In this document: piece by piece, positions 8,629-17,526 of the stretch
Layout: every line of letters begins with the position of its first letter
How positions within the stretch are numbered: position 1 is the stretch's first letter
Made by a program: the position numbers and the translations under genes
Notes under the pieces: generated by a model
Databases searched by the model: none
What the model saw: only the letters and a program-made list of their open reading frames with translations
Told to the model about the DNA's origin: nothing
Origin: Acidimicrobiales bacterium
GTDB taxonomy: Bacteria > Actinomycetota > Acidimicrobiia > Acidimicrobiales > VFJN01
Assembly: GCA_035296625.1 (NCBI GenBank)
Contig: DATHAO010000049.1
Location: 3,264 to 67,263 of the forward strand
DNA length: 64,000 bases
Reading direction: 5' to 3'

Positions 8629-9300
8629 GTGTCCCACCCCCCGTTCGTCGCCGTGCGCGCCCGGCGGGCGCTGGCCCGCCCCGTCGTGCGCCGCATCGCC
8701 GTCGCTGCCGTGGCCCTCGCAACCGGGCTCATCGTCACCTCGCTGGTGCAGTCGGCTGAGGCCGCCCGCTCGCGCTGGGGCGCCAGCCGCCCGGTGGCGG
8801 TCGCCACCCGTGACCTGGCCGCCGGCGAGGTCGTCGGCGCCGGCGGCGTCGCCGTCCGGATGCTGCCGGAGGCCGCCGTCCCCGAACGGGCGCTGTCCGG
8901 CGCGCCGCTGGGCCGGGTGGTCCGCCAGCCCGTCGCCCGCGGCGAGGCGCTGGTTCCCGACCGGCTGGCGCCCGACGGCCTGACGGGGGCCGCGGCGCTC
9001 GTCCCGGCGGGCCGGCTGGCCGTCGCCGTGCCGGTCGGCCCCGGCGGGGCGCCGCCGCTGGTCGTGGGCGACATCGTCGACGTGCTGGCTGTCGTGCCGG
9101 GCGGGACGGCATCGTCCACCGCCGCTGCAGGCGACGCGGGCACCGGCGGCGACGTGCCGGCGTTCCCGCTGGTGGCCGGCGCCGGCGTCGTGGACGTCGG
9201 CGAGGACGCCGTCACCGTCGCCGTGCCCCGTGACGACGCCCCGGCCGTCGCGGCCGCTCTCGCCCAAGGGGCCGTGGTGCTCGCCCTCGTCGGAGCGTGA
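8629..9300 (+). CDS. SAF-domain / CpaB-like membrane-anchored protein
   Basis: GTG start and an N-terminal TM helix (IAVAAVALATGLIVTSL). This is followed by VAVATRDLAAGEVV...GEALVPDRL, typical of SAF/CpaB-like proteins. Confidence 0.55.
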   Translation: MSHPPFVAVRARRALARPVVRRIAVAAVALATGLIVTSLVQSAEAARSRWGASRPVAVATRDLAAGEVVGAGGVAVRMLPEAAVPERALSGAPLGRVVRQPVARGEALVPDRLAPDGLTGAAALVPAGRLAVAVPVGPGGAPPLVVGDIVDVLAVVPGGTASSTAAAGDAGTGGDVPAFPLVAGAGVVDVGEDAVTVAVPRDDAPAVAAALAQGAVVLALVGA

Positions 9301-9367
9301 TCTCACGGGAGGCGCGACGGCGGCCGCGGGCAACCACCGCCGGCCGGGTTCGGGTGCGCCCCGCCGC

Positions 9368-10240
9368 TCAGCGGAACGGCGTGGCGAGCAGCACCAGCAC
9401 GAACGCGCCGAGCGTCAGGCGGTACAGCACGAACGGCAGGAACGACCGGGTCCGCACCAGCTTGAGCGTGCCCCACACCGCCAGGTAGCCGGTCACGGCC
9501 GAGGCGATGATGCCCCAGGCGAACGGCGCCAGGAAGTCCGACGGGATGCCGCCCTCATCCTGCACGTCGAGCGCCTTGTAGACGAGTGCGCCCGCCGTGA
9601 TGGGCAGGCTCATGAGGAACGCGAACCGGGCGGCCGCGTCGCGGTTCAGCCCGGCGTAGCGCCCGACCGTGATCGTCACGCCCGAGCGCGACACCCCCGG
9701 CTGCAGGGCGAGCGCCTGGCCGACGCCCATGAACAGGGCGTCACGCAGGCCGACCTCGTCGATCGTGCGCTTGCCGAGCGCGCCGTCGGCCCAGGCCAGG
9801 GCGAGCGCCCCGACGATCAGCATGACGGCGATCAGCCAGATCTGGTCGGTGCTGTCCTCGATCGGGCCCGACAGCAGGGCTCCGACCACGGCGGCGGGCA
9901 CGGCGGACAGGGCGATCAGCCAGGCCAGCCACCCGTCCCTGGACCGGGGCTCACGGACGGCCGCCCGCCCGAGCCGCACGATGTCGAACCGGAAGTACGC
10001 CACGGCCCCACCGAGGGTGCCCAGGTGTAGGGCGACGTCGAACGTCTTCTGGAGCGAGTCGTCGCCGGCGAAGTCGTCCCACCCGAACAGCCAGGGCACG
10101 AGCACGAGGTGCCCCGACGAGGAGATCGGAAGGTACTCGGCGAGCCCCTGGGTGATGCCCAAGACGATGGCGTGGAAGATCGACACGGGTGCGAGGTGGT
10201 GTGCGGGGCGGCCCAGCGGCCGGCGCTCGGCCCGGCCCAC
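9368..10240 (-). CDS. uppP: undecaprenyl-diphosphate phosphatase
   Basis: Polytopic membrane protein with GITQGLAEYLPISSSGHL and SRSG motifs of BacA/UppP. The true start may be the internal GTG at VSIFHAIVLG. Confidence 0.88.
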   Translation of the reverse strand: MGRAERRPLGRPAHHLAPVSIFHAIVLGITQGLAEYLPISSSGHLVLVPWLFGWDDFAGDDSLQKTFDVALHLGTLGGAVAYFRFDIVRLGRAAVREPRSRDGWLAWLIALSAVPAAVVGALLSGPIEDSTDQIWLIAVMLIVGALALAWADGALGKRTIDEVGLRDALFMGVGQALALQPGVSRSGVTITVGRYAGLNRDAAARFAFLMSLPITAGALVYKALDVQDEGGIPSDFLAPFAWGIIASAVTGYLAVWGTLKLVRTRSFLPFVLYRLTLGAFVLVLLATPFR

Positions 10241-10338
10241 CCGACGACGGGCGCAGGTTAGTGGTCACCCGCGACAGTCGGGGACGGACAGACCGCGCTT
10301 CGTTCGTCGCAGGCGAACAGAGCCGGGCGGAACGGCCG

Positions 10339-11679
10339 TCACGCCCCGCCGAGGCTGACGCCGGGGATGACGAGCGCCACTGCGCCGGTGCCGCCGGGCG
10401 TCCATTCGCGCTCGCCGCCCACGGCGCTCACGTCCAGCAGCAGGCGCTGCAGCGTCGAGGCGATCGTCGCCTCGCGCACGGGCTCGGCCAGGGCCCCGTC
10501 GCGCACCATCAGGCCCTCGATCCCGACGGAGAAGTCGCCCGAGACGGGGTTCACGCCCGAGTGCAACCCGTTCATGGACTGCACGAGGATGCCGTGGTCG
10601 ACGCCGGCGATCAGCTCGTCGAGCGACCCCGAGCCGAGCGCCAACTGCAGCGCCTGGGCGCCGACGCCGGGCGTCGAGCGGTAGCCCCGCACCGCCGAGG
10701 CGGTCGAGGGCACGCCGGCACGCCGGCCGGTGGCCGTGTTGTGCAGGAACCCCTGCAGCACGCCGCCCTCGATCAGGGCGGTGCGCCGGGTGGCGAGCCC
10801 CTCGCCGTCGTGGCTGTCGGCCCCAAGCGAGGCGGGGTCGGTGGCGTCGTCGACGACGGTGAGCAGCGGCGATGCAATCTGCTCGCCGACCCGGTCCGCG
10901 AAGGGCGAGCGGCCCTTCAGAACCGACTCGCCGTCCAGCGTGCCGCCCACCACGCCGAGCAGCGTGGCAGCCAGGCGCGGCTCGAGCACGAGCGTGACCG
11001 TGCCGCTGGCGGGCTGTACGGCGCCAAGCAGCCGGGTGGCCCGCTCGGCGGCGTCGAGCGCCGCCTCGTCGAGGTCGATGTCGGCCGGCTCGCGGCCCAC
11101 CGACACGCCGTACCCGGTCTGGGTCTCGTCACCGTCCTCGGCGAGCGCCATGACGGCCAGGTGGCACACGGTCGAACGGCCGCTCACGGCGATGCCGGTC
11201 GAGGTGGCGACCGCGCCCTCGCCGCTGCCGTCGCCCCACTGCGCGACCCGCACGCCGACGATGCGCGGATCGCGGGCCCTGACCGCTCGCTCGAGCTCGA
11301 TGGCCATGTCGACCTTGCGCTCGGTGGGCAGCTCTGCGAGGCCGTCGCGCCACAGGTCGATCGCCGGCGGGGCGACGCCGTCCGGCTCGGCCAGGCCGAT
11401 CCACGCCTCGGGCTCGGCGTAGGCGGCGTTGTCTCGGGCCTCGGCCAGCACGTCGGTCACGACGGCCTCGTCGAGCGAGCCGGCCCAGGCGAAACCCTGG
11501 CGCTTGTCGCGCACGACGCGGATGCCGACGCCGGCGGAGGTGGCCTGGGTCAGGGACTCGATCTCGCCGCCGTGCACCTTCACCGACGTGGACGTGCCCT
11601 GCGCGACGAAGGCCTCGACCTCCTCGCCGGGGACGGCCTGCCCGGCGATGCGCTGGGCCATGTCCAACAGATCGGTCAT
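10339..11679 (-). CDS. PmbA/TldE-family protein, paralog 2
   Basis: 446 aa from ATG 11679-11677. Begins MTDLLDMAQRIAG...GVGIRVVRDKRQGFAW...GNSV-type C-terminal beta domain. Collinear similarity to the upstream paralog. Confidence 0.85.
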   Translation of the reverse strand: MTDLLDMAQRIAGQAVPGEEVEAFVAQGTSTSVKVHGGEIESLTQATSAGVGIRVVRDKRQGFAWAGSLDEAVVTDVLAEARDNAAYAEPEAWIGLAEPDGVAPPAIDLWRDGLAELPTERKVDMAIELERAVRARDPRIVGVRVAQWGDGSGEGAVATSTGIAVSGRSTVCHLAVMALAEDGDETQTGYGVSVGREPADIDLDEAALDAAERATRLLGAVQPASGTVTLVLEPRLAATLLGVVGGTLDGESVLKGRSPFADRVGEQIASPLLTVVDDATDPASLGADSHDGEGLATRRTALIEGGVLQGFLHNTATGRRAGVPSTASAVRGYRSTPGVGAQALQLALGSGSLDELIAGVDHGILVQSMNGLHSGVNPVSGDFSVGIEGLMVRDGALAEPVREATIASTLQRLLLDVSAVGGEREWTPGGTGAVALVIPGVSLGGA

Positions 11680-11735
11680 CGGTGCCCTCCTGGCGTCGCG
11701 GATGGTCGGGGGTGGGGGACGGGGGGGACGGGGGC

Positions 11736-13079
11736 TCAGGCACCCGAGATCGAGACGTCGCCCACGACGAGGGTGACGCCGGCGGCGCTCATGGGCAGCC
11801 ACGTGAGGTCGTTGCCGACTGCGGTCACGTCGTGCAGCAGGCGCTGCAGCGTCGAGGCGATGGTGAACTCGCGCAGCGGCTCGGCCAGCTCGCCGCCGCG
11901 GATGCGGAGGCCCTGGGCGCCGGTCGACAGGTCGCCGGAGACGGCGTTCACGCCCGAGTGGAGGCCGGAGACGTCCTGGACGAGCACGCCGTCGTCGACG
12001 CCGGCCAGCAGCTCGGCGGGCCCGGTGGGGCCGGGCAGCAGGCGGGCGGCCCGACAGCCGGCGCTCGGGGTCGTCTTGAAGCCGCCGCGCACGGCCGAAC
12101 CGGTCGAGGTGGTGCCCGAGCGGCGGGCCGTCCAGGTGGAGTGCACGAAGCCGCGCAGCACTCCGTAGTCGACCAGCGGTACGCGCCGGGTGGCCAGGCC
12201 CTCGTCGTCGATCGTGGCGGCGCCCCACGCCCGGACGTCGGTCGGGTCCTCGAGGAGGGTGAGCGCCGGCGTGGCCACCTGCTCGCCGACGCGCTCGGCG
12301 AACAGCGAGCGGCCCTTGACCACCTCCTCGCCCGACAGCGTGCCGGCGACGACGCCCACGAGCTGGGCGGTCACCCAAGGGTCGAGCACGATCGTGAGCC
12401 GACCGGACGGGGGTTGGGTGGCGCCGAGCAGGCGCACCGAGCGCTCGACGGCCTCGCGCACGGTGGCGTCGAGGTCGAGCTCCTCGAACGCGCGCCCGAC
12501 CGAGAACCCGAAGCCGAGCTGGGTCTCGTCGCCGTCGGTGGCGAGCGGGTAGGCGACGATCTCGCAGCCGGTCGCCCGGGTGGCCCGGCGGATGCCGGTT
12601 GTGGTGACGACCGCCGACTCGCCGAGCACGTCGGCGTAGTCGCAGGACTCGAAGCCCGAGATGCGCCCGTCCGCGGCCCGCACGGCCCGCTCGAGCTCGA
12701 GCAGCAGGTCGACCTTGCGGTCGGTGGGTACCTCCGCCAGGCCGGGGCGCCACAGGTCGAGCGCCGCGGGCTCCACGCCGTCGGGCTTGGCCAGGCCGGC
12801 GAGGTCGTCGGGTTCGGCGAACGCGGCGTTGTCGCGGGCCTCGGCCACGGCCTCACCCAGGGCGCCGGCGTCGAACGTGCCGCAGTAGGCGAAGCCCTGG
12901 CGGTGGTCGCGCACGACCCGCACGCCAACCCCCAGCGACTCCGCCACGGCCAGCTGCTCGACGCCGCCGTCGTGGACGCGGACCTGCGTGTCGCGGGACC
13001 GCTCGACGTAGGCCTCGAGCTGCTCGCCGTCGTGCGCCAGCGCCGCCACGGCGTCGGCGACGTCGAGCAGATCCGTCAC
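11736..13079 (-). CDS. PmbA/TldE-family protein, paralog 1
   Basis: GTG 13079-13077 overlaps the tldD stop (GTGA). Contains VTDLLDVADAVAALA...GVGVRVVRDHRQGFAY...SGLHSGVNAVSGDLS. Confidence 0.85.
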   Translation of the reverse strand: MTDLLDVADAVAALAHDGEQLEAYVERSRDTQVRVHDGGVEQLAVAESLGVGVRVVRDHRQGFAYCGTFDAGALGEAVAEARDNAAFAEPDDLAGLAKPDGVEPAALDLWRPGLAEVPTDRKVDLLLELERAVRAADGRISGFESCDYADVLGESAVVTTTGIRRATRATGCEIVAYPLATDGDETQLGFGFSVGRAFEELDLDATVREAVERSVRLLGATQPPSGRLTIVLDPWVTAQLVGVVAGTLSGEEVVKGRSLFAERVGEQVATPALTLLEDPTDVRAWGAATIDDEGLATRRVPLVDYGVLRGFVHSTWTARRSGTTSTGSAVRGGFKTTPSAGCRAARLLPGPTGPAELLAGVDDGVLVQDVSGLHSGVNAVSGDLSTGAQGLRIRGGELAEPLREFTIASTLQRLLHDVTAVGNDLTWLPMSAAGVTLVVGDVSISGA

Positions 13080-14473
13080 GCCGCGGTGCCGCCGACCGTC
13101 AGCGCCTTGACCCGCAGCGTCGGCACGCCGTCGCCGACGGGGACGCCCTGGCCGTCCTTGCCGCATGTGCCGGGGTGGCCCATGGCGAAGTCGTTGCCGA
13201 CCGCGTCGATCTCGGCGAGCACCTTCGGACCGTTGCCGATGAGATTGCCCTCGCGGATCGGCTCGGTGATCTCGCCGCCCTCGATCAGGTACGCCTCGGT
13301 CATGCCGAACACGAAGTCGCCGCTCGCCGTGTTGACCTGGCCGCCGCCCAGCGAGGCGACGTACACGCCGCTCTCGGTGGACGACACGATGTCGGCCGGA
13401 TCGCTCTCGCCGCCGAGCAGATAGGTGTTCGTCATCCGGACCATCGGTAGGTGCTGGTAGCTCTGCCGGCGGCCGTTGCCCGACGTGGGCCGGCCCTCCT
13501 TGCGGGAGCGGAGGAAGTCCCACATGTAGTCGGTGAGCACGCCCTCCTCGATGAGCACGTTGCGCTGGGCGGGCGTGCCCTCGTCGTCGATCGAGAAGCA
13601 GCCCCACTCCTCGGCCATCGTGCCGTCGTCGACGAGCGTGACGAGGGGCGAGGCCACCTGCTGGCCGAGCCGGCCCTTGAAGACCGAGGCGCCCTTGTCG
13701 ACCAGGTCCTTCTCGAGGCCGTGGCCGCACGCCTCGTGGAACAGCACGCCGCCGCCCCCGGGGCCGATCACGACCGGCAGCGTGCCGGAGGGGGCGGGAC
13801 GGGCGGCCAGCTTGGTGATGGCGCGACGAGCGGAGGCCCGGGCGACGTCCTCGACCTCGTAGCGGTCGAACAGCTCGAAGCCGACGGTCCTGCCGATCGA
13901 CTCGTAGCCGGTCTGCATGCCGGTGTCGCCGAAGGCCACGGACGACACCACGAACAGCGTGCGGACTTGGTCGTCGCCGGCCAGCAGACCGTCGCTGTTG
14001 GCCACGAGGATCTGGCGGCGGGAGTCGCCGTAGCGGGCGCGCACCTGGCGGATCGCGCCGCCCTCGGCCCGCGCGGTCTCGTCCGCCCGGCGCAGCAGGT
14101 CGACCTTGGCGCCCTTGCCCACGGTCTCGGGCATGACCTCGATCTGGTTCGGGCGGGGGGCGGTGCGGCGGCTGAGCGCCACCTGGCGCACGCCTCCCCC
14201 GCCGGACCGCGCGGCGGCCGCTGCGGCCTCGGCTGCGGCCGACAGGCCGGCCGGCGTGAGGTCGGCGGTGTGGGCGAAGCCCGTGGTGTCGCCGACGACG
14301 ACCCGGATGCCGGCGCCGCGGTCGCGCCCCGAGGACAGCTCCTCGACGCGGCCGTCGTCGAGCATCGCCGCGGATGTCCTCTTGTCCTCGACGAACACCT
14401 CGGCGAAGTCGCCGCCGGTCCGCAGGGCAGCGGCCAGCGTGCGTTCGATGACGGACTCGTCGAGCACGGGCAC
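13076..14473 (-). CDS. tldD: TldD metalloprotease
   Basis: Contains the HEACGHGLE (HExxxH) motif, GAGIRVVVGDTTGFAHT, and C-terminal GTCGKDGQ...V. Start is GTG 14473 or 14467. The remainder of track ORF 13076..15589 is an artefact. Confidence 0.88.
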   Translation of the reverse strand: MPVLDESVIERTLAAALRTGGDFAEVFVEDKRTSAAMLDDGRVEELSSGRDRGAGIRVVVGDTTGFAHTADLTPAGLSAAAEAAAAAARSGGGGVRQVALSRRTAPRPNQIEVMPETVGKGAKVDLLRRADETARAEGGAIRQVRARYGDSRRQILVANSDGLLAGDDQVRTLFVVSSVAFGDTGMQTGYESIGRTVGFELFDRYEVEDVARASARRAITKLAARPAPSGTLPVVIGPGGGGVLFHEACGHGLEKDLVDKGASVFKGRLGQQVASPLVTLVDDGTMAEEWGCFSIDDEGTPAQRNVLIEEGVLTDYMWDFLRSRKEGRPTSGNGRRQSYQHLPMVRMTNTYLLGGESDPADIVSSTESGVYVASLGGGQVNTASGDFVFGMTEAYLIEGGEITEPIREGNLIGNGPKVLAEIDAVGNDFAMGHPGTCGKDGQGVPVGDGVPTLRVKALTVGGTAA

Positions 14474-14596
14474 CTCGCTCGGGGAAGTGGGGGTCAGCCT
14501 GCAGATCCGGGAGCCGGAACGAGCGTCCGGCGGCGACCGTGTACCGGCCCCGACACGGTTTCGCCCGGCGATGACGTAGCTGCGTACTGTACCCGC

Positions 14597-14974
14597 GTGC
14601 CCCTGGAACCCGGCTTGGCCGCCGCCATCTCCCTGGAGGTCGGGGACGGTGACACGGCGCTGGCGCTGCGGTCGGGTGAGGTCCCCGTGCTGGCCACGCC
14701 GCGCCTGATCGCGCTGTGCGAGGAGGCCTCGATGCGGGCCGTCGCCAGCATGGTGCCGCCCGGACACACGACCGTCGGAATGCGGGTGCAGTTCGACCAC
14801 CTCGCGCCGAGCGCGATCGGCGCCCACGTGACGGCCGAGGCGACGCTCGAGAAGGTCCAGGGTCGGCGCCTCACGTTCACGGTCTCGGCCAGCGACGAGC
14901 GGGGTCTGGTCGCCGCCGGCAAGGTCACCCGCGTGGTCGTCGACGTCGACCGCTTCCTCGACCACACCTCGTAA
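14597..14974 (+). CDS. hotdog-fold thioesterase (FlK-like family)
   Basis: 125 aa from GTG 14597. Contains LATPRLIALCEEASMRAV...TVGMRVQFDHLAPSAIGAHVTAEATLEKVQGRRLTF. Divergent from tldD. Confidence 0.65.
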   Translation: MPLEPGLAAAISLEVGDGDTALALRSGEVPVLATPRLIALCEEASMRAVASMVPPGHTTVGMRVQFDHLAPSAIGAHVTAEATLEKVQGRRLTFTVSASDERGLVAAGKVTRVVVDVDRFLDHTS

Positions 14975-14985
14975 CGCCGCGGGGT

Positions 14986-16050
14986 TCAGCCGCCTCCGAT
15001 GCGGGTGGCCAGCTCGTCGGGGTCGATGACGTCGGCGCCGGCGGGGACGGTGAGCTCGATCGGCTCGCCCACGTCGTAGACGTCGAACGTCGTCGTCATC
15101 GCGCCCGCCGAGCGGCGGCCGGTGGCGGCGCCGTCGATGCTGAACTCCAGGCGGCGGACGATCTGGTCGTCGCCGACCCACACGTCGACCGGCAGCTCGT
15201 CGAGGCCGAGGCTGCGGAAGCGCTCGCCGATCTGGCCGGCGGCCTCGGCGTCGGCCCGGGCCCGACCCGCGGCGCCGGCCGGGCCGCTGGCGTCGCGCCC
15301 CCCGAAGTCGCCGGCCATCGACGAGGCCGACGCCGGGTCGGAGTCGGAGGTCGACGAGGCCGACGCCGGGTCCGGGTCGGAGGTCGAGGAGGCCGACGCC
15401 GGGTCGAGGTCGACGGTGGCGGCAAGGTGGGTCGCGGGAGCACCCCGCACCCGGTCGACGCCCACGACGCGCACGTCGTCGAGCGGGAGGCGCAGCAGCT
15501 CGAGCATGCCCAGCGGTTCGAGCAGCAGGGCCATCGTCTCGTTGTCGACGGCCTGGCCGGCGAACGCCCCGAGGTCGCGCTCGATCCACGTGGAGGGATC
15601 GAGCCCGTAGGCCTCGGCCATCGGGCCGAGCTGGGCGTAGAACGTGTCGCCGTCGATCAGCATCCGCGCCGGTGCGCGGAAGTCGCCGGGCACGTCGTCG
15701 TCGGTGGCGCCGACGGCGGCGGCCAGCTCGGACATGTCGACCTCGGCCTGCGCCTGATGCGATCTGCGGTCGAACGACGCCCGCTGAACCATCCGCACGT
15801 CGTCGACGCCGGGCGGGGCGTCATCGAGCTGGTCGAGCCCCGTGTAGAGCGTCTGCAGCTCGACCCGGGCGCTGGGCGCCGCCCGGGTGGCCTCGACCGC
15901 CCGCTCGAAGGTGGCGGGGCCGGCGGCGTCGAGGTCGCCCACGCGCGCACCGGAGGGACGGGGCACGTCGTCGGCGTCATCGGCACAGCCGGACATCGCC
16001 ACCATCATGACCGCAGCCGCCGTCGCGGCGGCAAGCGCATGGCTCACCAC
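14986..16050 (-). CDS. secreted lipoprotein of unknown function
   Basis: GTG 16050 with GGAGG 5 nt upstream. Signal peptide plus lipobox (AAVMMVAMSGC). Contains an internal 11-aa x3 repeat, DPASASSTSDx. Confidence 0.7.
   Translation of the reverse strand: MVSHALAAATAAAVMMVAMSGCADDADDVPRPSGARVGDLDAAGPATFERAVEATRAAPSARVELQTLYTGLDQLDDAPPGVDDVRMVQRASFDRRSHQAQAEVDMSELAAAVGATDDDVPGDFRAPARMLIDGDTFYAQLGPMAEAYGLDPSTWIERDLGAFAGQAVDNETMALLLEPLGMLELLRLPLDDVRVVGVDRVRGAPATHLAATVDLDPASASSTSDPDPASASSTSDSDPASASSMAGDFGGRDASGPAGAAGRARADAEAAGQIGERFRSLGLDELPVDVWVGDDQIVRRLEFSIDGAATGRRSAGAMTTTFDVYDVGEPIELTVPAGADVIDPDELATRIGGG
15318..15410 (-). repeat. 33-bp tandem repeat x about 2.8 inside the lipoprotein CDS
   Basis: Units at 15318-15350, 15351-15383 and 15384-about 15410 (TCGACGAGGCCGACGCCGGGTCSGRGTCGGAGG). 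They encode (S/P)DPASASSTSD repeats. Confidence 0.85.
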
Positions 16051-16557
16051 GTGGACCTCCTCGCACGGATCGTGTCGTTGGGAGGTGGAGAAGCGTGCGC
16101 GGGTGTGGTCGTCGCCGGTGCCCCACCGAGCTGCGGCGACGATCCGACTCTAACAGACTTTCGTGCCATGTCGATGGCTCTACGTACCTCGCATAGCGCG
16201 ACACGAGCGGAGCGATGGCTTCCGAGCCGGCGGGCGCGGCGGTCAACCGCTGAACGGGCCACAGGGCGGCATGGTCCGGTCGCACTGGATGTCCCCCCGG
16301 CTACGCCGACCCGGTGGAACGCTGTCGGTGACCGGACCCGTCGGCCGTAGGATGAGTGTCGACCTCGGCCTAATGCCGTGGGCGTCGGTGTACCCCTCTG
16401 CGAGCCCGACGGTTCGACGTCTGACGCCGCTATCGACCCCCTGCGACGCTAGTGTCCGCCGCCGCGCAGCGGAAGTGGCGTGCCACTGCCGGCCGGGGGA
16501 AGCGACGACGATGGGTGGCGGCCACGGGTGGTGGCACGAACGAGGAGTGACGGAGCG

Positions 16558-17526
16558 GTGACAGGCAGGCAAGCGGTCTCGCTGAGCGTGCGCATCGTGG
16601 TGAGCGTCGTCATGCTGGCCGTCCTCGTCGGGCAGATCCCGTCGTTCGACATCGACGAGATGGTCCCCCGGTGGAACGTGGGCACCGCCCTGTGGCTCGT
16701 GGTGGCGGCGCTGTTCACGCTCGGCGGCATCGTGCTGTCCGCCGTGCGGTGGCAGAAGGTGCTCGAAGCGCTCGAGATCCGGGCCCGCCTGCCGCGGCTC
16801 GTGTCCCACAACCTCGCCGGGCAGTTCGTCTCGAACGTGCTGCCCACGACTATCGGCGGCGACGTGCTGCGGGTCAGCCGGCTGTCGCGCGACACGGGCG
16901 AGTCGCCCGGCACGTTCGCCTCGGTCGTGCTCGAACGACTGACAGGCTGGTTGGTGCTTCCTGTCATCACGGTCGTCGGCTTCACCGTGAACCCCGGCCT
17001 TCGCCACCTCGGCTCGGCCACGCGCGTGGCGCTCGGCCTGGCCCTGTCGACGCTCGTGCTGCTCGTCGCCGTGCTCGTCGCCGTCGCCAGCGACCGCCTC
17101 GGCGGTCGCTTCGCCAGCCGAGCCGACTGGCGCCGCTTCGCCGGGGCCGTCCACCTGGGCCTCAACCGGCTCCGCCAGCACCCGGTGGCCGCGGCCAACG
17201 TGCTGGCGGCAGGCTTCGCCTACCAGCTCGCCCTGGTGTTCTCGGCGGTGGCGGCCGCGCAGGCCCTGGGCGTGCGGGCGGCGGGCCTCACGGCGCTGCT
17301 GGCGTTCTTCCCGGCGGTCCTCATCGCCCAGGTGCTGCCCATCTCCATGGCGGGTCTGGGCGTGCGCGAGGGTGCGTTCGTGCTGTTCCTCGGTCCGCTG
17401 GGTGTCGCGAAGGAGGAGGCGATCGCCCTCGGGCTCCTCCTGTACCTGCTGAACGTCGCCGTCGGCCTGCTCGGCGCTCCGGCCTTCGCTGCGGGTGGAC
17501 GGGTGCGCCGGTCGCTGGTGGCATGA
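16558..17526 (+). CDS. UPF0104 / flippase-like (lysyl-PG synthase TM-region family) membrane protein
   Basis: Contains LSAVRWQKVLEALEI...LAGQFVSNVLPTTIGGDVLRV, typical of UPF0104. GTG 16558 is preferred, with AGGAG upstream. The track start at 16480 is also possible. Confidence 0.65.
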   Translation: MTGRQAVSLSVRIVVSVVMLAVLVGQIPSFDIDEMVPRWNVGTALWLVVAALFTLGGIVLSAVRWQKVLEALEIRARLPRLVSHNLAGQFVSNVLPTTIGGDVLRVSRLSRDTGESPGTFASVVLERLTGWLVLPVITVVGFTVNPGLRHLGSATRVALGLALSTLVLLVAVLVAVASDRLGGRFASRADWRRFAGAVHLGLNRLRQHPVAAANVLAAGFAYQLALVFSAVAAAQALGVRAAGLTALLAFFPAVLIAQVLPISMAGLGVREGAFVLFLGPLGVAKEEAIALGLLLYLLNVAVGLLGAPAFAAGGRVRRSLVA

